Assembly: GCA_965656495.1 (NCBI GenBank)
Contig: CBFHKU010000005.1
Location: 118,348-182,347 of the forward strand
DNA: 64,000 bases
Source of the DNA: Coraliomargaritaceae bacterium
Lineage (GTDB): Bacteria > Verrucomicrobiota > Verrucomicrobiia > Opitutales > Coraliomargaritaceae
Reading direction: 5' to 3'
This document shows positions 48,445 through 58,166 of the stretch, in pieces; positions within the stretch are counted from its first letter, which is position 1, and each line of letters starts with the position of its first letter. The notes under the pieces are model-generated. The model was not told the DNA's origin. It worked only from the letters and a program-made list of their open reading frames with translations, and did no database searches. Made by a program: the position numbers and the translations under genes.

Positions 48445-48981
48445 TCAGGCATGGAGTTCGGACATGGAACGGGCAACGTATTCCCGTTGAAGGTTTTGCT
48501 TAACGGTTTTGCAGGTGTTGCCGAGGTTGCGGAGATGCCGGAGGGTGGGGCGACCGCATTTGAAGACCAGCAAGCACAGGATCGCGGGGTAGAAGCGCAA
48601 GGGGTGCTTAACCCGTGCCGCCTGTAGGTAGGCGGAGGCAAAAGTTTCCATGGAATGACGGAGACGGGGTTCGTGGGAATCCAACTCACGGCGGAATTGC
48701 CGGATGAAGGCAAGTTGCCCGGGCTTGGGGGAGCGAAGGACGCCTTTTAAGTGGTAGTGTTGGCAGCTCTGAATCTGGCGCATGGATTGATAGACCCGAT
48801 CATGACAAAGGTCGCCCTTGATTAAAACGGCATCGCAGAGCATCTGTTCCAATTCGGTGATGGCAGCTGAAATCCGGCATTCCTGTTCTGCCAGAATGCG
48901 CCGCCTTCGCGCCATGAAAAAGCCATAAAGTCCGGGACTGATCGCCAAACAGAATAAAAGGATCACGAGCAAGTTATTCAT
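48445..48981 (-). CDS. hypothetical protein with N-terminal TM helix
   Basis: 178-aa ORF, hydrophobic N-terminus followed by RRRR; ATGA overlap with the upstream ORF. Confidence 0.6.
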   Translation of the reverse strand: MNNLLVILLFCLAISPGLYGFFMARRRRILAEQECRISAAITELEQMLCDAVLIKGDLCHDRVYQSMRQIQSCQHYHLKGVLRSPKPGQLAFIRQFRRELDSHEPRLRHSMETFASAYLQAARVKHPLRFYPAILCLLVFKCGRPTLRHLRNLGNTCKTVKQNLQREYVARSMSELHA

Positions 48982-49238
48982 AGGTTCTCCTTTTCATAAA
49001 TCATTTGATGCAATCGCTCGATGCGGGCGTCCTTAATCTGCATTTGTTGATCCAGGTATTTTTGACGTTCAAGGGATTGCGCCAACTCCGCACGACAACT
49101 TTTTCCGGCGAGGCGGGTGAAAAAATAATTGATCGCGGAGGCAATTATGAACCCGAAGGCAACACCGCCATACTTGGAGCCCTCGGTGAGCAGACTTTCC
49201 CATATCCCGCTACCCAATTCTAAAATCATACCCTTCAT
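48978..49238 (-). CDS. hypothetical small membrane protein (TM helix plus coiled coil)
   Basis: 86 aa, one hydrophobic helix then a heptad-rich tail. Confidence 0.6.
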   Translation of the reverse strand: MKGMILELGSGIWESLLTEGSKYGGVAFGFIIASAINYFFTRLAGKSCRAELAQSLERQKYLDQQMQIKDARIERLHQMIYEKENL

Positions 49239-49329
49239 TAAATTAGCCTCTGCAAAGCGTCTAAAAACACAATTCGCCTGTCAATTATAATTTTACAATT
49301 AAGTATAAATACCTACCAATACCTAATTT

Positions 49330-49912
49330 TCCTCTTAATCTTACTCCTGCTCCAATCCCCCCTTCAATCTTCACTCCGTGTCCTCCTGCCTCCGTGGTGA
49401 ACACCTCCTTCCTATAAATTGTATGATTTAGATTTAGGTAATCCCAACCCATCGTCCTTTTCAAAGTTCGATGTTCGACCTTCCTCACCTTCCTACCACA
49501 AAAAAGCGGCAGGATTGCCGCTTCCACGATATAAAACCCGGTCGCCCTTCGACGTTCCTCACCTTCCCACCTTCATACTTTCCCACCTCTACGCCTTCCC
49601 ACCTCACCTCCACATTCGTGGTTCCAACAACTGACTCACCACTGAGGCACAGATTACACTGAGATTTTCATTAAAGATTCATTGTCCACTCACCGCTCCG
49701 TGCTCTTGGTGCCTTCGTGGTGAATATTTCATCTTATTAAGATTAGGAGTAAAACCTAGGGTAATCCCAACTTTAATCTATTCGTGCCAATTCGTGTCCA
49801 TTCGTGGTTCCAACTAACAACCCCTTCAAAGTTCGATGTTCAGTGTTCGATGTTCGACGTTCCTCACCTTCCCACTTTCATGCCTTCATACTTTCCCACT
49901 TTCATGCCTTCT
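49330..49912. repeat. modular repeat island C (inverted orientation)
   Basis: Reverse-complement modules; REP-A rc at 49504-49527; 49613-49738 is an inverted copy of 48017-48142. Confidence 0.93.
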
Positions 49913-49954
49913 CCCTTAACCGTAAGTTCCGCCCCGGCATTCCGTTCTTTTATC

Positions 49955-50377
49955 GTGCCCAAAACCTACACCCACACCGCTTCCGTTTATTTTGATGAAC
50001 TCGACGCCTTAGGCGTCCTCCATCACACGCGTTACTTCCTCCACCTTGAACGCGCCCAACAGGCCTTCTTTCAAGACCTCCTCGGCGTCCCCGATTTCAA
50101 TGCCGACCGCGACGAGGATATTTACGTAGTGGTGCACGGACTCGAAGCCCGTTTCCGCGAACCGGTCCGCAAACCGGGCGAGCTCAGCGTCCATTACACC
50201 ATCGATCGCATTCGCGCCAGCGGCGTCACCATGCATTTCCGCATCACCTCCGGCGAGGGCGAAACCCTCCACTGCGACGGCACCCGCACCCTTTGCAAAC
50301 TTTCCGGCGAGACCCATCAACCCGCCCCCTGGAGCGAGCCCTTCCGCGCCGCCATGGAAGCCTGGCAGGCGGGCTAA
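49955..50377 (+). CDS. acyl-CoA thioesterase (4HBT/YbgC hotdog family)
   Basis: VYFDELDALGVLHHTRYFLHLERA; GTG start at 49955 (the ORF-track N-terminus is repeat-derived). Confidence 0.85.
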   Translation: MPKTYTHTASVYFDELDALGVLHHTRYFLHLERAQQAFFQDLLGVPDFNADRDEDIYVVVHGLEARFREPVRKPGELSVHYTIDRIRASGVTMHFRITSGEGETLHCDGTRTLCKLSGETHQPAPWSEPFRAAMEAWQAG

Positions 50378-50387
50378 ACCACGCGCC

Positions 50388-50795
50388 TCAACCCTGATGC
50401 AGGGCGTCCTCGATCGCGCGCTTCACTTCCAACGGTTGCGCCATCCATTTCAACTGCACATCGCTCACCCCGCGACCCGTCACCGCAATGGTGGCATAGC
50501 CGAAAATACGACCCCAAATACTCTGACGAATCTCCACCGTCTCCACCGAACCGAGGCGCATCTCCTCACTGTGACGACTGATGATGCCCTTCTTGAAAAC
50601 CACCCGTTTGTTGGTGACCGCCTGTTCAATGCACTTCAGGCGCAGGTATTCATAACCCGCCACCAACAAAGTAATCCCAAAAGTCGGAATCGCCAACACG
50701 ATCCAACCCACAAACCGCAACCACGCTATCCAATGCAGCTTAAAGGTTGATTGAATCGCTTCTTCGGACGAGAGGGTTTTTTCAATATAAGACAT
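50388..50795 (-). CDS. bacterial PH-domain membrane protein
   Basis: MSYIEKTL..EE, TM, VTNKRVVFKKGII, QSIWGRIFGY. Confidence 0.85.
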   Translation of the reverse strand: MSYIEKTLSSEEAIQSTFKLHWIAWLRFVGWIVLAIPTFGITLLVAGYEYLRLKCIEQAVTNKRVVFKKGIISRHSEEMRLGSVETVEIRQSIWGRIFGYATIAVTGRGVSDVQLKWMAQPLEVKRAIEDALHQG

Positions 50796-50882
50796 CGCAT
50801 GCTCGGTGGATGCCGAAAAATCTAAGACGCACTCACACACCCGCAAGGGAAAAGCGGAGAGGTTATTTGTAATTTGCTGGAG

Positions 50883-51110
50883 GTATGAAAGTCGGATGGT
50901 AGCGTGAATGTTAAACATCGAACTTTGAAGGAGCTGAAGGGGTTGTTAGTTGGAACCACGAATGGACACGAATTGGCACGAATAGTTTGGAGGCGGGATT
51001 ACCCTAGGTCTTACTCCCAATCTTACTCTTAATCCTACTCTCAATAAGGAGGAACGTCGAAGTGCGACAGAGGCTGCATACGGTGGAAGCGGCAATCCTG
51101 CCGCTTTGCT
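50883..51110. repeat. modular repeat island D-left
   Basis: GGTTGTTAGTTGGAACCACGAATGGACACGAATTGGCACGAAT, CTTACTC module, REP-A at 51083. Confidence 0.92.
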
Positions 51111-51169
51111 TGCGATTGGGATTCCATTCTTTTGGTTCCGCGCCTCCTTCCGCGACAAGGGTTCAAGTC

Positions 51170-51589
51170 TTAGAGTGCTTGGATTCCTTCCGGGCTGGAC
51201 TGCTTTGTCTTTTTCCTTTTGGTTCGATACGCCTTTGGAGGCAGACAGTTGTCTGCGCCTCGCTTGGATTTTGGGTGTGCGACCCAATGCCCGGTCTGTC
51301 CCTTTGGCACAAAGGTCTGTGCCAAGTCCGCGCCGACGGCATGACCGGCGCGCACAAGGGTATCGATGGTGAGGTTGCTGTCGCCGCTGAGCATTTTAGT
51401 GATGCGGGAGTTTGGAACCTGCATGCGGGCGGCGAGTTCGGAGCGGTTGATGCCCTCGCGCTTCATAAACTGGAGGAGTGCTTCGACGATCGCGAGCTTG
51501 CAAAGTTCAACGTGGTATTCGACGTCCTCCTGGGTTTGCTTGATGGCATCTGCCAGCGGATTCAGTTTCGTTGTGTGGGTGATTTTCAT
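51170..51589 (-). CDS. Xre-family HTH protein, probable HigA-like antitoxin
   Basis: MKREGINRSELAARMQVPNSRITKMLSGDSNLTIDTLVR. Confidence 0.8.
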   Translation of the reverse strand: MKITHTTKLNPLADAIKQTQEDVEYHVELCKLAIVEALLQFMKREGINRSELAARMQVPNSRITKMLSGDSNLTIDTLVRAGHAVGADLAQTFVPKGQTGHWVAHPKSKRGADNCLPPKAYRTKRKKTKQSSPEGIQAL

Positions 51590-51594
51590 TCTTT

Positions 51595-52020
51595 TTAGCG
51601 GATGGTGATATTTGTCTGTGGCTCCAAGATGGCGTCCATGAATTGCTGTTTGATGAATTGGGCGCGTTGAATATCTGAGTTTTGTTGCTTGCGGGTATTT
51701 TTGTTACCTCCATTGGTGCAGAGAATCAGCTGCGATTGGTCATGAAGGGAGTGGTAAAAGGCATAGAGGCGAAGACCACCGCGTTTGAATTCGAAAAGAC
51801 CGTCTTCAATGTGCCGAAAGGTGATTTGATTTTCGTAGGAGTCATAATTTGCGACTGATGTGATGCGTGCATAAATGGAGCGCCATTTCCGGTAGTCATC
51901 TTTGTGTAACTTCTGGAGGAAATCCTGCGCATAATCTCTACCGTTTAAGCCGAGCGTAACCACTCGCTGACAGGTACCAATGTGAAGGGTGGAAAGGGTG
52001 ATGTCAATTTTAGATTTCAC
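51595..52020 (-). CDS. RelE/ParE (HigB/Gp49-like) toxin
   Basis: FRHIEDGLFEFK..LRLYAFY...LILCTNG..K; upstream of the HTH gene (toxin-first order). Confidence 0.7.
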   Translation of the reverse strand: MKSKIDITLSTLHIGTCQRVVTLGLNGRDYAQDFLQKLHKDDYRKWRSIYARITSVANYDSYENQITFRHIEDGLFEFKRGGLRLYAFYHSLHDQSQLILCTNGGNKNTRKQQNSDIQRAQFIKQQFMDAILEPQTNITIR

Positions 52021-52189
52021 TTATATGTGAAATTAAAGGCTTGCTTTGGGGTGAATTTTTCAGGCATGGAATCGATACTTCCTTTTGATTTTGCCTTTTA
52101 TAGGCCGTGATTCATAAAATTAAATATAAAATACTAAAATGTAAATTTATGCTTGCGGGTGAATGGATCGCACGAGGGGGGTAATTTAG

Positions 52190-52705
52190 GGTGGGAAAGT
52201 GGGAAGGTGTGAAAGTGGGAAGGTGAGGAACGTCGAACATCGAACATCGAACTCTGAAGGGGTTGTTAGTTGAACGTTGTTGGTTGTTAGTTGGAACCAC
52301 GAATGGACACGAATTGGCACGAATAGTTTGGAGGCGGGAATACCCTTACTCCTACTCTTATTCTTAATCCTACTCTCAATAAGAGAAACGTCGAAGGGCG
52401 ACCGGGTTGTATACCGTGGAAGCGGCAATCCTGCCGCTTTTTTGTGGCTGGAACCACGAATGGACACGAATTGGCACGAATAGTTTGGAGGCGGGAATAC
52501 CCTTACTCCTACTCGTATTCTTAATCCTACTCTCAATAAGAGAAACGTCGAAGGGCGACCGGGTTGTATACCGTGGAAGCGGCAATCCTGCCGCTTTTTT
52601 GTGGCTGGAACCACGAATGGACACGAATTGGCACGAATGGAGAGGGGGTTGTAAGTTGAAGGTAAAGAACGTCGAACATTGAACATCCAACATCGAACTT
52701 TGAAG
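52190..52705. repeat. modular repeat island D-middle with 157-bp tandem duplication
   Basis: Unit starts at 52292, 52449 and 52606; REP-A at 52416 and 52573. Confidence 0.95.
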
Positions 52706-52764
52706 GGACGTAGGATTTTTCAAATCGCTTGCGTTTTGGCGGGAGAAATGCTTTTATTTGTTTT

Positions 52765-52940
52765 AACCCTGCGGTGTTCGATTTCATCCGGAGTATCTGT
52801 CCTTTACTGATTTGAATATGGGGGCTGACCCTGGGGCTTCGCTGTCCAGCCGTAAACCGGAAGACAAACAGGCTCGAGGAAGCACCCACCTTGTATTTCA
52901 AAGGCTAAGATCTCCCATCCGTCCGGCACCTGCGGGGCTT
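52765..52940 (+). ncRNA. ssrS: probable 6S RNA
   Basis: Closing stem CCCTGCGGTGTTCG / CGGCACCTGCGGGG; inner TGGGGGCT / AGCACCCA pair flanking a central bubble; ~176 nt; TTGCGT-N17-TTTTAT promoter with extended TG upstream; T-run at the end. Confidence 0.75.
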
Positions 52941-52971
52941 TTTTGTGCGCGGGTGGGAGGCGCTTTTGAGG

Positions 52972-53314
52972 GAACGCTGAACATCGAACGCTGAGCTTTG
53001 AAGGGGGAGTGGTTTTGAATTGAACCGCAGATTGCGCAGATGGGCGCAGATCAAGTCACCGTTCAAACTAATCTGCGGAAATCTGCGTCATCTGTGGTTG
53101 GTATTACCCTTACTAAGAAGCGGTTAATCACGAATAGTCACGAATGAGGTTTACTACAAAGAAACAAAGGTCACGGAATGGATCTTTAGACGAGAAGGTG
53201 GGAAAGTTCGGAGGATGAGCGGGATTAAATTAAGAGTAAGACTGGGAGTGAGACTGAGAGTGGGAACCTCCCCGACCGGTCAAGCCGGTCACCCCGCCTT
53301 ATCAAGGCGGGGAG
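52972..53314. repeat. modular repeat island D-right
   Basis: AACATCG module, 77-bp AACC..GCAGAT..ATCTG..GGTT palindrome 53023-53099, CACGAAT module, double hairpin 53266-53314. Confidence 0.85.
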
Positions 53315-53348
53315 CGATTCATTCGCGTGATTGGTAGTTTCTTCATCC

Positions 53349-53735
53349 AACATCAAACGCTTTCCGTCTGATTTCATGTTTGTTTTGAGTTCTAATGAAT
53401 TCAAGGACTGGAGGTCACAATTTGTGACCTCCAAGGCGGATCTTAAAGGGCTGCGCTATGCGCCGATGGCGTTTACGGAGCAGGGTGTTGCGATGCTTTC
53501 AAGTGTGCTTCGGAGCTCGAAGGCAATAGAGGTAAATATCGCGGTGATGCGTACTTTTGTGCGGCTCCGCAATCTCATGGTTTCCCATAAGGATTTGGCA
53601 GATAAAATCCTAAATTTGGAAAATAAATACGAGGAACAATTCCAAGTTGTTTTTAAAGCGATTCAGGCACTCATTGCCTCAGAGGAAGCGGAAGGAAGTG
53701 CTCCAAAAAGAAAAATGGGTTTTAGGGTCGATTAA
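53349..53735 (+). pseudogene. 5'-truncated ORF6N-domain protein
   Basis: NIKRFPSDFMF...RSQFVTS...YAPMAFTEQGVAMLSSVL...VNIAVMRTFV; the family N-terminus (IRGQKVMLDxDLA..LYGV) is missing and repeats occupy its place. Confidence 0.75.
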
Positions 53736-54541
53736 CTCTCCTGAGCGAGTTCGATGGAGCGGTCGCGGGCGGCGGTGAGGGCTTTTTCAATGAGTCCTCG
53801 GAGGTCGTTGTCGGAGAAGGTTTTGAGGGCGGCGGCGGTGGTGCCGCCTTTGGAGGTGACGGCGTCGCGGAGGGTTTCGGGGTCCTGCTCGGATTGAAGG
53901 AGGAGGGCGGCGGATCCGTAAATGGTGTGGAGGGCGAGGGAGTGGGCGAGGAGGGGGTCGAGTCCGAGTTGGATGCCGGCGTCGCGGAGGGCGGCGGTGA
54001 ATTCAAAGAGGTAGGCGGGGCCGGAGCCGGAAAGGGCGGTGATGGCGTCGAGTTGGGATTCCTCCACGGCGTGGTAATTGCCGAGGGCGGTGAGGATGGC
54101 TTTGACGCGTTGTTCGTCTTCGGGGTCGAGTGCCTGGGCGGGGGTGTAGGCGGTGATACCGGCGCCGATTTGCCCGGGGGTGTTGGGCATGGTGCGGACG
54201 ATGTTGCGGGCTTTGGGGAAGGTGGATTGCAGTTTTTGGAGGGGGGTGCCGGCGAGGATGGAGAGGATGAGTTTGCCCTCGGTAGCGGCGATGAGTTCGG
54301 GGTCGATTTGAGGGAGCTGCTGGGGTTTGCAGGCGAGGACGAGGGTGTGGGCGTCGCGGATCGCGGGGGCGAGGTCGGGGGCGTAGGTGATGCCGGTGGT
54401 GGCGGCGAGTTCGGGGCCGGAGGGGTCGTCGCCGCAGGTGCAGGCGATTTCGGCGGGGGCGTAGTGTTTGTTTTGAAGGAGGCCGTGGATGATGGCGCTT
54501 GCCATGCGTCCGGCTCCGAGAAATGCGATTTGGGTGCTCAT
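53732..54541 (-). CDS. proC: pyrroline-5-carboxylate reductase
   Basis: GAGRMA, CKPQ, RTMPNTP, SGSGPAY, VTSKGGTT. Confidence 0.96.
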   Translation of the reverse strand: MSTQIAFLGAGRMASAIIHGLLQNKHYAPAEIACTCGDDPSGPELAATTGITYAPDLAPAIRDAHTLVLACKPQQLPQIDPELIAATEGKLILSILAGTPLQKLQSTFPKARNIVRTMPNTPGQIGAGITAYTPAQALDPEDEQRVKAILTALGNYHAVEESQLDAITALSGSGPAYLFEFTAALRDAGIQLGLDPLLAHSLALHTIYGSAALLLQSEQDPETLRDAVTSKGGTTAAALKTFSDNDLRGLIEKALTAARDRSIELAQES

Positions 54542-54549
54542 GGGATGGA

Positions 54550-55176
54550 TTAGCTCTGAGGTGGCAGTTCGTTTTTCAAATGTTTTTGGTCGATGACGGC
54601 GGTGCGGGAGAGGAGGTCGTGTCCCATCTGGCGGCGTTTGTTGAAGCAGAGGGTGAGGAGGGTGGCGATGAGGAGGAGGGGGCTGAGGAAGAAGAGGGTG
54701 GCGGTTTTGAGTCCGGCGCGGAGGAAGGCGGCGAAGAAGTTGAGGGGACCGAGGGTGATGGTGCTGATGGATTGGAGGCGGCAGGCGCGTTTGCCGAGTG
54801 AGCCGCCGAGGAAGATTTCACCGATGCCGAAGTAGGCCCAGAAGGTGAGGAGTTGGACCTCGGAGGCGTAACGGAGGGCGGCGAGGAGGTCCTTGCCGGG
54901 TTCGGGCATGGTCTCGCGGGTGGCCTCGGTGCTTTGCATCCATTTTAGGAGTTGGTCGACCCATTCGTTGAGTTCGAGGAAACTGCCGGGGTGGGACATC
55001 GGGAGGAAGATCTTCCAGATGAGAAGGGTGGCAATGGCGCTGCAAAGGATGAAATCGAGGAGGAAGGCGAGGCTGCGGATTCCGAGTCGCGCGGGCGGCA
55101 TGGGGCCGTCGTCGGACAGGATCGTGTCGAGGACGTTGGCGGGTTGTTGATTTGTGCCGGATTCGCTCATGCTCAT
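54550..55176 (-). CDS. RDD family membrane protein
   Basis: RSLAFLLD, SLGK, HDLLSRT. Confidence 0.85.
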   Translation of the reverse strand: MSMSESGTNQQPANVLDTILSDDGPMPPARLGIRSLAFLLDFILCSAIATLLIWKIFLPMSHPGSFLELNEWVDQLLKWMQSTEATRETMPEPGKDLLAALRYASEVQLLTFWAYFGIGEIFLGGSLGKRACRLQSISTITLGPLNFFAAFLRAGLKTATLFFLSPLLLIATLLTLCFNKRRQMGHDLLSRTAVIDQKHLKNELPPQS

Positions 55177-55191
55177 GGGGGGAGGGGCGGC

Positions 55192-56070
55192 TCAGTCCTG
55201 GGCCTGGGCGAGTTTGAAGGCGCGGAGGGTGTTGTGCATGAGCATCGCGACCGTCATGGGGCCAACGCCGCCGGGGACGGGGGTGAGGTGGCTCGCCTTG
55301 GGGGCGATGGCGTCGTAATCGGCATCACCGACGAGGCGGTAGCCGCGTTTCGCCTCGGGATCTTCGACGCGGTTGATGCCGACGTCGATGATGGCGGCGC
55401 CGTCCTTGACCATGTCGGCGGTGAGGAAATGGGGGCGCCCGATCGCGGCGATGATGAGGTCGGCCTGACGGGTGATGGCGGGGAGGTCGGCGGTGCGGGA
55501 ATGGCAGACCGTGACGGTGGCGTTGCCGGGGAGGGCTTTGCGCATCATGAGGAGGGCGGCGGGTTTGCCAACGATCTGGCTGCGCCCGAGGACCACGACG
55601 TGTTTGCCCTCGGTCTCGATTCCGCTGCGGGCGATGAGTTCAACGATGCCGGCGGGGGTGCAGGCGACGAAACCCGAGTCGTCTTCCTGACAGAGTTTGC
55701 CGATGTTGACGGTGTTGAATCCGTCGACGTCCTTGTGGGGGGCGACGCGGTTGAAGGTCTCCGTTTCGTCGAGGTGTTTGGGGAGGGGCGCCTGCACGAG
55801 GATGCCGCTGACGGCGGGGTCGGCATTGAGGGCGTCGATGCGTTCAAAGAGGGTTTCGCGGGTGACGTCGCCGGGGAAGAGGTGGAGTTGGCTGCCGATT
55901 CCGATGCGGGCGGCGGTCTTTTCTTTTTTGCGGACGTAGGAGACCGAGGCGGGATCTTCACCGACGCGAATGAAGGCGACGGTGGGTTTGGCACCGGGGA
56001 GGGCGCTGACCTCGGCAGTGAGTTCTTCGATGATGGATTCGGCGATGGCGTTGCCGTCGATGCGTTGCAT
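55192..56070 (-). CDS. folD: methylenetetrahydrofolate dehydrogenase/cyclohydrolase
   Basis: [34 protein letters not shown]. Confidence 0.98.
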   Translation of the reverse strand: MQRIDGNAIAESIIEELTAEVSALPGAKPTVAFIRVGEDPASVSYVRKKEKTAARIGIGSQLHLFPGDVTRETLFERIDALNADPAVSGILVQAPLPKHLDETETFNRVAPHKDVDGFNTVNIGKLCQEDDSGFVACTPAGIVELIARSGIETEGKHVVVLGRSQIVGKPAALLMMRKALPGNATVTVCHSRTADLPAITRQADLIIAAIGRPHFLTADMVKDGAAIIDVGINRVEDPEAKRGYRLVGDADYDAIAPKASHLTPVPGGVGPMTVAMLMHNTLRAFKLAQAQD

Positions 56071-56092
56071 GGCTGGGTGGGTTGGTGTTGGA

Positions 56093-56833
56093 TTAACGGG
56101 AATTGAGAAAGAGGCGTTCGATGTCTTTGCGTGCGAGGATTTTGATACCGCCTTTCGGCATACCTTTCAAGACCATCTGACCGATTTGTACGCGCACGAG
56201 TTTTTTGACGAAGTAGCGGTTCGCTTCGAAGAGGCGGCGGACTTCGCGTTTTTTGCCGTGGTGGAGGTGGACTTCGAGGCGGCGGGCGTGGCCTTCGCCG
56301 GCTTCGGGGGCGGGAATGACTTTTTCCGCTTTGAGGAATTCGCCTTCGTCCTCGACCCCGTTGAGGAGTTTCGGGATGTCGGCCTTGTTGAAATCGCGGT
56401 GGAGGACGACGCGGTAACGCTTTACGATTTGGTTGCTGGGGTGGGTGAGTCGGTGGGCGAGGTCGCCGTCGTTGGTGAGGACGAGGAGGCCTTCGCTATC
56501 CTTGTCGAGGCGTCCGGCGCAGAACATGCGTTGGCGCTGGAGGTCGGCGGGGAGGAGGTCAAAGACGGTTTGTCCGCCGTGGGGATCGGAGTTGGTGCAG
56601 AGGAAGCCCTTGGGTTTGTTGAGGATGAGGGTGACAGGGCGGGCGGTCTCGGTGGGGAGGGGCTTTTTGTTAACGAAGATGGCGTCGTCGGGTTGACCTT
56701 TATCGCCGAGTTCGGCGATTTTGCCGTTGTGGCGGACTTTGCCGTCGCGGATGAGGGCCTCTGCTTCGCGGCGGGAACAGAGTCCGGCGTTGGCGATGAT
56801 TTTCTGGAGGCGTTGTGGTTCTTGCTCGGGCAT
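56093..56833 (-). CDS. RsuA/RluB-family pseudouridine synthase
   Basis: S4 domain [25 protein letters not shown]. Confidence 0.92.
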   Translation of the reverse strand: MPEQEPQRLQKIIANAGLCSRREAEALIRDGKVRHNGKIAELGDKGQPDDAIFVNKKPLPTETARPVTLILNKPKGFLCTNSDPHGGQTVFDLLPADLQRQRMFCAGRLDKDSEGLLVLTNDGDLAHRLTHPSNQIVKRYRVVLHRDFNKADIPKLLNGVEDEGEFLKAEKVIPAPEAGEGHARRLEVHLHHGKKREVRRLFEANRYFVKKLVRVQIGQMVLKGMPKGGIKILARKDIERLFLNSR

Positions 56834-56966
56834 GGGAGCACTTCAGTTGAGGAAGGGCGGGGTTGTCAATGTTGCGGAAAGGTAACATTCGTGCTTGCGC
56901 TGGCACGGGTTTATAAAAAGAACAGGTGATGTCGGCATTAAAGCCGAATGCGGACGAAAATAATCT

Positions 56967-57713
56967 ATGACAGAAGCAAGTGAAAAAAAAGTAGCGCTGG
57001 TGACCGGAGCGGGTCGCGGAATTGGAAAAGCAATCGCGGAACGTTTGGCGGATGCGGGGCATCACGTCATTTGCGTGAGTCGATCCGAGGGATCGTGCGG
57101 CGCGGTGGCGGAAGCGATTGTTGCGGCGGGCGGTTCGGCGGAGAGCCGGGCGGTGGACGTGGCGGACCGGGCTGCGATTGAAGCGGCGAGTGCGGCGTTT
57201 TTGGAAACACACGGGACGGTCGATATTCTCGTGAATTGCGCGGGGATCACGCGGGATGGTTTATTGTTCCGGATGTCGGACGCCGACTGGGATGATGTTA
57301 TCGCGACGAATTTGAGCAGTGTCTTTGCGTGGAGTAAGTATTTGGCGCGCCCCATGACGCGGAAACGCTGGGGCCGCATCATCAACATCTCCTCCGTGAT
57401 CGGATTGATGGGGAACGCCGGGCAGGCGAATTACGCCGCGACCAAAGCGGGAATCCACGGGCTCACGAAGAGTCTCGCGAAGGAATTTGCGGCGCGCAAC
57501 GTCACGGTGAATGCGGTGGCACCGGGTTTTATCGCGACCGACATGACCGCGGAATTGAACGAACAGCAGCAGGAGGCGATCGTGGGGATGATCCCCCTCA
57601 AGCGGATGGGCGCCCCTTCAGACATCGCTGCAATGACGAGTTTTTTAGCCAGCGAGGATGCAGGCTTCATTACCGGCCAGGTTTTTACAGTTGACGGTGG
57701 CATGGTGATGTGA
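56967..57713 (+). CDS. fabG: 3-oxoacyl-ACP reductase
   Basis: TGAGRGIG, NCAGITRD, YAATK, VDGG. Confidence 0.96.
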   Translation: MTEASEKKVALVTGAGRGIGKAIAERLADAGHHVICVSRSEGSCGAVAEAIVAAGGSAESRAVDVADRAAIEAASAAFLETHGTVDILVNCAGITRDGLLFRMSDADWDDVIATNLSSVFAWSKYLARPMTRKRWGRIINISSVIGLMGNAGQANYAATKAGIHGLTKSLAKEFAARNVTVNAVAPGFIATDMTAELNEQQQEAIVGMIPLKRMGAPSDIAAMTSFLASEDAGFITGQVFTVDGGMVM

Positions 57714-57755
57714 GACTTCCTTTGATTCAATCAAACAACCACAAAGAACCTAACT

Positions 57756-58010
57756 ATGTCAGACCAAACCATCGAACAGCGCGTCACGACCATCATCGTC
57801 GACCAACTCAATGTAAATGCAGAACAGGTGACTGCGGAAGCCTCCTTCTTGGATGATCTCGGAGCCGATTCGCTCGACACCGTCGAGTTGATTATGGCCT
57901 TTGAGGAAGAGTTCAAGGAAGAGATCGACGGCGAGATTCCTGAAGAGGACGCCGAGAAGCTACAAACGGTAGGTGATGTTTTGAAATACATCACCGAGAA
58001 AGCCGGATAA
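57756..58010 (+). CDS. acpP: acyl carrier protein
   Basis: [12 protein letters not shown]. Confidence 0.97.
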   Translation: MSDQTIEQRVTTIIVDQLNVNAEQVTAEASFLDDLGADSLDTVELIMAFEEEFKEEIDGEIPEEDAEKLQTVGDVLKYITEKAG

Positions 58011-58037
58011 GAGCGACTCAAGATTTTTTAAGGACCC

Positions 58038-58067
58038 ACTAAGCCGCATTTATGCGGCTTAGTTTTT
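58038..58067 (+). terminator. intrinsic terminator after acpP
   Basis: ACTAAGCCGCA-TTTA-TGCGGCTTAGT followed by TTTT. Confidence 0.85.
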
Positions 58068-58166
58068 ACCAAGGCCCGAGCCTTTCCCCATCGCGGGGAT
58101 TGCGGGGTCGCTTCTCTGGAATTTGTAGGGTTGAAATAAGCCCGAACTTCGTAATTTTATACTGAA

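Noticed and set aside
51140..51172. GGGTTCAAGTC as a tRNA fragment or att site after the antitoxin gene
   Set aside because: Only ~11 bp match the tRNA-Leu T-loop, with no T-stem or acceptor continuation; plausibly chance.
48017..52440. Classical integron cassette array (attC sites)
   Set aside because: No intI gene, and I could not identify RYYYAAC..GTTRRRY attC boxes directly after the cargo stop codons.
52820..52900. SRP (4.5S) RNA suggested by GAGGAAGCA
   Set aside because: It lacks the CAGG..GRAA..AGCAG helix-8 signature; the overall architecture fits 6S better.
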